A stretch of DNA of 64,000 nt from Octopus sinensis. Its lineage: Eukaryota. The notes under the pieces were generated by a model, which was not told where the DNA came from, made no database searches, and was given only the letters and a program-made list of their open reading frames with translations. This document shows positions 55,947-64,000 of this stretch, in pieces (within the stretch, counting starts at the first letter, position 1; each line of letters starts with the position of its first letter). Position numbers and translations under genes: made by a program. Where the stretch lies: assembly GCF_006345805.1 (NCBI RefSeq), contig NC_043020.1, forward strand, positions 9,858,001-9,922,000, in the 5' to 3' direction.

Positions 55947-56451
55947 TCTATATATATAAAACTCTAGTTGTGTGAGTGTCTGTCCCCTTCGATTTAGATT
56001 CCTAACTCCTCCCACATTTTGCGGTGCAGTTAACCAAATTCGGGTATCTTATAGTCGTGATTCATATCGAGCCCGTCTGACTATTAGCGCGCGTCAACGA
56101 TGAGTCTACGATTTTAAAAATAATTTAACATCATTTTTTTATTCCATTTTAATGCATAAAATGCATCGTGTGTCGATGGCGGCGGAGTTGGCGTCCACGC
56201 TCACAGCTGCACCTGTTTGCTTCTCCCCCTTCCCTCCCTCGTGAAGCTGTGGGGAAGGGAGTGTAAGGAAATCAACGTCGTAATGCGTTGTGAAGGAAAC
56301 CAGCGTTCTTTTAGAACAACGACTTCATGGCTTGAAGACACCAAAAACAGAATGGCTAAGAAGCCCGAATTTATAAGGGAAGTAACTCTCTAAAAATGCT
56401 TATATAGTTATTTCCCTTACAAACCCGAGCAACGCCGGGCGATACTGCTAG
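55947..56451 (+). mobile_element. Non-autonomous Helitron
   Basis: Near-identical to 51234-51736. Confidence 0.8.
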
Positions 56452-56812
56452 TAATATATAAAGAGAGAAGCTAAACTCACTACTATGGGATATCTTGGAT
56501 TTGAACTGCGGAAATTGAAGGAAAAAAAAAAACTATTTTTAGCAAATTGATTTTTATATATACCTGCTTGGACAGACATTTATCACGGATCAATTAGATA
56601 CAATGTTCTCAACTTTCATTATGTTTTGAATAAACTATTACGTTAATATAAATTAAAAGGATGTTTCAATATCAAGGATAGGTCTAGCTAAGTCTATCTA
56701 GGAATACAATTGTTCGTTGATGCGGTTCTTGATTTCCGCAGTTTAAAAATACTATTTAACCTGGCACCTGTTGACATCCTGTGCTCTATAACGGTTTCTT
56801 TATTATTATTTA

Positions 56813-57215
56813 CTAGCAGTATCGCCCGGCGTTGCTCGGGTTTGTAAGGGAAATAACTATATAAGCATTTTTAGAGAGTTATAGCCAAAACATAGCAAAA
56901 AAATGCATTAAAAATGGAAAAAAAAATTATGGTAAATTTTTTTTTAAATCGTTGACTCATCGTAGACATTTTTAGAGAGTTACTTCCCTTATATAATAGC
57001 GAAAAAATGCATTAAAAATGGAAAAAAATGATGGTAATTTTTTTTTTAAATCGTAGACTCATCGTAGACGCGCGCTAATACCAAGAAGGGCTCGATATGA
57101 ATCACGACTATAAGATACCCGGTTTTGGTTAAACTGCACCGCAAAATGTGGGAGTAGTTAGGAATCTAAATCGTAGGAGACAGACACCACACAACTTCTC
57201 TTTTATATATAAAGA
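56813..57215 (-). mobile_element. Non-autonomous Helitron
   Basis: Near-identical to 48519-48914. Confidence 0.8.
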
Positions 57216-58952
57216 TTTGTCCTTGTAACGTCCCATCAACAGTAGCCATTGCGGTAAATAAAAGAAATAATCGTTGGAGCGTCGAGGAAAAATAAAGAAA
57301 AAAGATGCTTTGCTATATTTGTTCCGGTTCTTTGCGTTCTAAGAGATCAACTTTGCCTTTTGTTCTTCGGGGTCGATAAAGTAAAGTACCTATTTCTTTA
57401 TTACCCACAAGGGGCTAAACATAGACAAACCAACGGGGAAGGACATACAAATTAATCGATTACATCGACCCCAGTGGTAACTGGTACTTAATTTCGACCC
57501 CGAAAGGATGAAAGGCAAGTCGACCTCGGCGGAATTTGAACTCAGAACGTAGTGGCAGACGAAATACCTATTTCTTTACTACCCACAAGGGGCTAAACAC
57601 AGAGGGGACAAACAAGGACAGACAAGCGGATTAAGTCGATTACATCGACCCCAGTGCGTAGCTGGTACTTAGTTTATCAACCCCGAAAGGATGAAAGGCA
57701 AAGTCGACCTCGGAGGAATTTGAACTCACATCGTAACGGCAGCCGAAATACCACTAAGCATTTCGCCCGACGTGCTAACGTTTCTGCCGTACCAGTCAAG
57801 TACTGGGGTCGATGGTATCGACTAAGCCACTCCCTTCAAAACTGGACAGCCTTGTGCCAAAATTAGAAATAATTATTAAAGGTGGTGGGTTGATAGAATG
57901 TGTAGAGCATTGAACAAAATAAAATGCCTTGCGGTGTTTTTGTTTGGTCCCTCTTCTTTTTTTTTTCTTATGCTGATTCGTTTACGTTCTGAGTTCGAAT
58001 TTCACCGAGGTCAGCTTTGCCTTTCATGCTTTCGGTATCCATAAAGATAAAGTACCAGTCAAGTTCTCCCGGTTGATGTAATCGACTGACAAGTGGAGGC
58101 GCAAAGGCCCAGTGGTTAGGTCGGAGGATCGCGGTTTCGATTCCCAGACCGGGCATTGTGAGTGTTTATTGAGCGAAAACACCTAAAAGCTCCACGACGC
58201 TCCGGCAGGGGGGGGGGGTGAACCCTGCTGTACTCTTTCACCACAACTCTCTCTCGCTCTTTCTTCCTGTTTCTCTTGTACTTGTATTTCAAAGGGCCAG
58301 CCTTGTCACATTCTGTGTGTCACGCTGAATCTCCTCGAGAACTACGTTAAGGGTACACGTGTCTGTGGAGTGCTCAGCCACTTGCACGTAAATATCACGA
58401 GCAAGCTGTTCCGTTGATCGTATCAACCGGAACCCTCATCGTCGTAACCGACGGAGTGCTTCCATCCATAAAAATAAAGTACCAGTCAAGTTCTCCCGGT
58501 TGATGTAATCGACCGACACCCTTTAAAATTCCTGGCACTTGTTCCAAAATTTAAAGCGATTGACAAAGTTGGTAAAGCGTCGGACAAGAATAGCCCCGAA
58601 ATGAATTTTGCTCACCATCGAAGGCATTTTTTCCTTGTTTTAGCTTTTTTGTTTCTGAAGTTATTTGGACGCAAAACATCGGTGGTGTATTTACTTTGTT
58701 GTGTTTACAAATAAGTACATCTAACACAGCCACACTGTATCTATGCATCTGTCACCTTCCTGTCACTGTCTGCCCATCTGTCTTTGTCTATCTTTGCTGT
58801 GTTTACACAGATACGTCTGTCTACCAGTCACAGGTATCTCTATCTAATGTCTTTTTCTCTCGATCTGTCTGTCTGTCTGTCTATTCATCCTTCTGTCTGT
58901 CTATATGTCTATCTACTTGCTTTTCTGTCTACCTATCCAGCTATCTAGCTAC

Positions 58953-58990
<38 letters not shown>

Positions 58991-59009
58991 ATATATATAT
59001 ATATATATA

Positions 59010-59306
59010 CTAGCATATACCCGGCGTTGCTCGGGTTTGTAAGGGAAATAACTATATAAGCATTTTTAGAGAGTTACTTTCCTTATATAATAGCGAAAAA
59101 ATGCATTAAAATGGAAAAAAATTATGGTAAATTTTTTTTTTAAATCGTAGACTCATCGTAGACGCGTGCTAATACCCAGAAGGGCTCGATATGAATCACG
59201 ACTATAAGATACCCGGTTTTGGTTAAACTGCACCGTAAAATGTGGGAGTAGTTAGGAATCTAAATCGTAGGAGACAGACACACAACCTCTCTTTTATATA
59301 TAAAGA
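59010..59306 (-). mobile_element. Non-autonomous Helitron (short variant)
   Basis: Same termini and hairpin; lacks the internal duplication. Confidence 0.78.
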
Positions 59307-59398
59307 TATATATATATATATTCGCCATGTTGATTCGCTAGCTTCTGCACGCAATTTTTTTTCTCTCCTTGTTTCTTTCCGTGTTTCTTTTCTGTGTA

Positions 59399-59436
59399 TC
59401 TTTCTGTTGAAGAGCGTAGGCTCGAAACGTAAAAGA
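59399..59436 (+). ncRNA. Minimal hammerhead-like motif with variant core (also at 32572-32609)
   Basis: TCTTT-CTGTTGA-A-GAGC-gtag-GCTC-GAAA-CG-TA|AAAGA, inside a pLTR-like repeat at 59320-59540. Confidence 0.55.
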
Positions 59437-59542
59437 CTTGTTTTATTTATATTCCTGAGCACCATACTAATACAATTTTTTTGTTTGTATTCCACCTGCC
59501 TTCGTCTTTTGTTTATTTTCATAAAGCTTCCCGTTATATATA

Positions 59543-59960
59543 CTCTTACTCTTTTACTTGTTTCAGTCATTTGACTGCAGCCATGCTGGAGCACCGCCTT
59601 TAATCGAGCAACGCAACCCCGGGACTTATTATTTTTGTAAGCCCAGTACTTATTCTATCGGTCTCTTTTTGCCGAACCGCTAAGTAACGGGGACGTAAAC
59701 ACACCAGCATCGGTTGTCAAGCAATGCTAGGGGGACAAACACAGACACACAAACACACACACACACATACATATATATATATTTATATACATATATACGA
59801 CGGGCTTCTTTCAGTTTCCATCTACCAAATCCACTCACAAGGCTTTGGTCAGCCCGAGGCTTTAGTAGAAGACACTTGACCAAGGTGCCACACAGTGGGA
59901 CTGAACCTGGAACCATGTGGTCGATAAGCAAGCTACTTACCACACAGCCACTCTTGCGCC
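59543..59960 (-). mobile_element. SINE family A
   Basis: Reverse-complement match to family A. Confidence 0.88.
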
Positions 59961-60996
59961 ATATATATATATATATTATATATATATTATATATATATAT
60001 ATATATATATGGATAGATAGATAGAAGATAGATAGATAGATGATAGATAGTATAGATAGATATTTTTGTTTCAGTCATTTGAATGCAGCCATGCTGGAGC
60101 ACTGCCTTTAGTGGAACAAATCAACCCCACAACTTATTCTTTGTAAGCCTAGCACTTATTCTATCGGTCATTTTTCCCAAACCACTAGGTTACAGGGACA
60201 TAAAGTCGGTGCTCCAGCATGGCCACAGTCAAATGACTAAGATAGGTAAACGAATATATATATTCCAGATCTGAATTTGTGTTTGTGCTGGAATGTATAT
60301 CAAGAAAGAAGATAAGTGATAGCTTCCTGTGTCATGGTGACCCAAATGTAACACCATAGAAACAGTCTTGTTCCTAATAAGGTCACCACCATGTGATCGA
60401 CATTCTCAGAAACTGAGATTTTCAGCTCTGCATCACAGTCACATTTTATAGCTGGTGACATTATGTTGAACACCCTTTGCACTGATGTTCCTCTGCACCT
60501 GAAAGAAAGATAGTTGATGGGATCTCATGATGGTGATGCAGAGGTATTCACACTTAGTTACGCCACAGCCATGTGCAACACTGACATGGTAAGTTTTAAG
60601 GCTGCGGATGCTATTGGCATCATCAGCATCTGCTTTCCATGCTGGCATGGGTTGGATGGTTTTACAGGATCTAGTGAGCTGCAGGGCTGTGTCAAACCTC
60701 AGTGTCAGCTCTGGCATAGTTTCTACTGCTCAATGCCCTTCCTAATGCCAACCACTTTACAGTGTGTATTGAGTGCTCTTTTACATGCCACCAGCATTAG
60801 TGAGGTTGCCACTTAACCCTTTTGTTACTAACCCACCAAAACCGGCTCTGGCTCTGTGGTAAAATGTCTTGTTTCCATAAGTTTTGAGTTAAAATCTTCC
60901 ACCAAACCTTAGTCACAATTTATGTTCCTAACACTAGCTTGATGATAACTAAGTTATTTTACTAAATTCTTTGTTATATTTAAAATAATTGAAATA

Positions 60997-61614
60997 GGCG
61001 CAGGAGTGGCTGTGTGGTAAGTAGCTTGCTAACCAACCACATGGTTCCGGGTTCAGTCCCACTGCGTGGCATCTTGGGCAAAGTGTCTTCTGCTATAGCC
61101 CCGGGCCGACCAATGCCTTGTGAGTGGATTTGGTAGATGGAAACTGAAAGAAGCCTTCATATATATGTATATTATAATATGTATGTGTGTGTTTTGTTTG
61201 TCTGTGTTTGTCCCCCTAGCATTGCTTGACAACCGATGCTGGGTGTGTTTACATCTCCAACAAACAGGTCGAGCAAATCGACCCCGGGACTTATTCTTTG
61301 TAAGCCCAGTACTATATCTATCGGTCCTTTTGCCGAACCGCTAGTGACAGGGACGTAACCACACCCCGCATCGGTTGTCAAGCAATGCTAGGGGGACAAA
61401 CACATACACACAAACACACACATCATATATACATATATATATACATATATACAACAGGCTTCTTTCAGTTTCCGTCTACCAAATCCACTCACAAGACATT
61501 GGTCGGCCTGGGGCTATAGCAGAAGACACTTGCCCAAGATGCCACGCAGTGGGACTGAACCCGGAACCATGTGGTTGGTTAGCAAGCTACTTACCACACA
61601 GCCACTCCTGCGCC
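60997..61614. mobile_element. Two SINE family A copies fused tail-to-tail (+ 60997-61255, - 61268-61614)
   Basis: Near-identical heads at both outer ends, pointing inward. Confidence 0.88.
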
Positions 61615-62217
61615 TATCTTTATTTCTTCTTTTGCTGGTGTCTCAAATTTAGGTTAAATCAGTGTTTCTCAAAGGGGTAGCCTATGAGACGGTCGGACAA
61701 GTTGTTTTGAGAAAATTTGGTTTAAATGTTTGACAACTCAGCACCGTCCATTGGACGGGGGTGGGGCGTTTAGCTCATGGTTTATAGAATGAGTTCTATG
61801 CCAGCATGGAAGCCAAACATTAATTGATGATGACAGCAATATATATATATATATTTCTTTATTGCCCACAAGGGTCTTGTAGAGGCAACAAACAAGAACA
61901 GACAAAGGGATTAAGTCGATTACATCGACTCCAATGCATAGCTGGTACTTATTTAATCAACCCTGAAAGGATGAAAGACAAAGTTGATTTCAGCAGAATT
62001 TGAACTCAGAACGTAACGGCAGACAAAATACCGCCAAACATTTCACCCGGTGTGCTAACGATTCTGCCAGCTTGCCAATGATGATGATATATATATATGC
62101 AACTATGTGTGTGTTATGTGAATTCATACATATATAAGATATATATGTGTATATATATATTATGCACATACATATACACACATGATGTGTGTGTGTGTAG
62201 ATATATATATGTATGTT

Positions 62218-62261
<44 letters not shown>

Positions 62262-62437
62262 TTATTTCAGATTAAATGATGAACCTTGTTACATAATGTT
62301 TAATGCATACATACAGACAGGGGTACAGGTGTGAGTAAGTGGTAACAAATTTGCTTTGTAACCACATGGTCCTGGGTTCAGTTTCGTTGTGCAGCACTAT
62401 GGCCAAGTTTCCGAAACAAGCCCAACATATATGGATA

Positions 62438-63617
62438 GGCATAGGAGTGGCTGTGTGGTAAGTAGCTTGCTTACGAACCACATAGTTCCGGGTTCAGTCC
62501 AACTGCATGGCACTTTTGGCAAGTGTCTTCTACTATACCTGCAGGCCGACCAAAGCCTTGTGAGTGGATTTGGTTGACGGAAACTGAAAGAAGCCCGTCG
62601 TATATATGTATATATATATAAATATATTAATAAAAGGAATTTCAACCTTGTCTGATTTTCACGTTTTATTTACAATCTCATAATGATATAATATAAGATT
62701 ATATAATATAATAGAATAGAATAAAATAAAATAGTAGAATGTTAAATGTTCATTCTGATTGAACTAGTACTTTCATGCATTAAATTATGCAATCTTCAGG
62801 TTCGTGTAGTAGTGGTGACAGTCATGCTTCACAATTTTTGGTGTGTGTGTGTGTGTGTGTGTATCTGTGTCTGTCCCCCCCAACATCGCTTGACAACGGA
62901 TGCCGATAGATTAAGTACTAGGCTTACAAAGAATAAGTCCTGGGGTTGATTTGCTTGACTAAAAGGTGGTGCTCCAGCATGGCCACAGTTAAACGACTGT
63001 CATACAAGCAGTGTCATTCATTTTCAATATTCTGTGGGAACCTGTTTGTCCATGGGGGGGGAATATGAAGTTTATTGCCTTGCTTTGAAATAAGTAAGGG
63101 CTGGCAACTCCCACTCTATCCAACCCATGCAAGCATGGAAAAGTGGATATTTAAATGAGAGAAAGAGAGAGACACACACACATACACACACACACACCTT
63201 TTCTGATACCTCTTCCTATATATATATATAGGCGTGGCTGTGTGGTAAGTAGCTTGCTAACCACCGCATGGTTCCAGGTTCAGTCCCACTGCGTGGCATC
63301 TTGGGCAAGTGTCTTCTGCTATAGCCCCGGGCCGACCAATGCCTTGTGCGTGGATTTGGTAGACGGAAACTGAAAGAAGCCTGTCGTATATATGTATATA
63401 TGTGTGTGTGTGTGTGTGTGTGTTTGTCCCCCTAGCATTGCTTGACAACCGATGCTGGTGTGTTTACGTCCCCGTCACTTAGCGGTTCGGCAAAAGAGAC
63501 CGATAGAATAAGTACTGGGCTTACAAAGAATAAGTCCCGGGGTCGATTTGCTCGACTAAAGGCGGTGCTCCAGCATGGCCGCAGTCAAAAGACTGAAACA
63601 AATAAAAGAGTAAAGAG
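62438..63617 (+). mobile_element. Two further SINE family A copies (62438-63000 interrupted; 63231-63617)
   Basis: Head and tail matches to family A. Confidence 0.82.
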
Positions 63618-63633
63618 ATATATATATATATAA

Positions 63634-63897
63634 AAAATAATATGTTACATTACTCAATAGTCAAGATAAAACTGAGTTTCAGATGCCGAAGTGGAAATCC
63701 ACAACACCATCTCTTCGGTTATCTGGCTATCTGAAAACCAAAGAGATGGTGTGTGGATTTCCACTTCGGCATCTGAAACTCAAAGTTTTATCTTGACTAC
63801 CAAGTAATGTAACATATTATTGTATAGATAAATTTCCTCTATTTACATAATATTGAGGTCTCTTTCTTTCTTTTGTTATCTTACCGTTTTTACCAAT
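63634..63897. mobile_element. Inverted pLTR remnant of the same Penelope family as 3404-6535
   Basis: ~85-bp inverted arms, sequence shared with 6421-6530 and 3404-3447, flanked by (TA)n. Confidence 0.8.
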
Positions 63898-64000
63898 ATA
63901 TATATATATATATTCACAGCATCAACATGGCTAGTTGTACTGCTGCAGACCAGACAAATTCTGGCAAGGATTGTTCCGAAAGCGAAACAGAATTGGTGAA

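Overview
Repeat-dense, AT-rich animal genomic DNA, with one 100-N assembly gap at 35327-35426. The tRNA-derived SINE families and the microsatellite load look like octopus/coleoid cephalopod (inference). Most entries in the ORF track are microsatellite or SINE noise. Manual splice-site reading reveals two multi-exon genes the ORF track does not call, arranged head-to-head. Gene A (- strand, 6 coding exons, 20665->13553) encodes 131 aa and is complete, with a TATA box and an AATAAA signal. Gene B (+ strand, 5 exons found, 29198->34339) lacks a resolved last exon. They encode paralogous small secreted proteins with two tandem Cys-rich modules (6 Cys + 5 Cys), matching intron phases for introns 1-4 and a shared 5'UTR 10-mer; I do not recognise the family. 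Just downstream of gene B exon 5 is a 351-bp tandem/inverted unit carrying a near-perfect type I hammerhead ribozyme (retrozyme or Penelope pLTR-like), and several other hammerhead-like motifs sit in Penelope-type remnants. Other content: a full-length IR/DR-type Tc1 (DD34E) with an intact transposase ORF, a decayed Tc1, Penelope, CR1 and RTE retroelement remnants, five non-autonomous Helitrons, several MITEs, about 30 SINE copies, and a SINE-derived ~190-bp tandem array whose junction recurs at separate loci.
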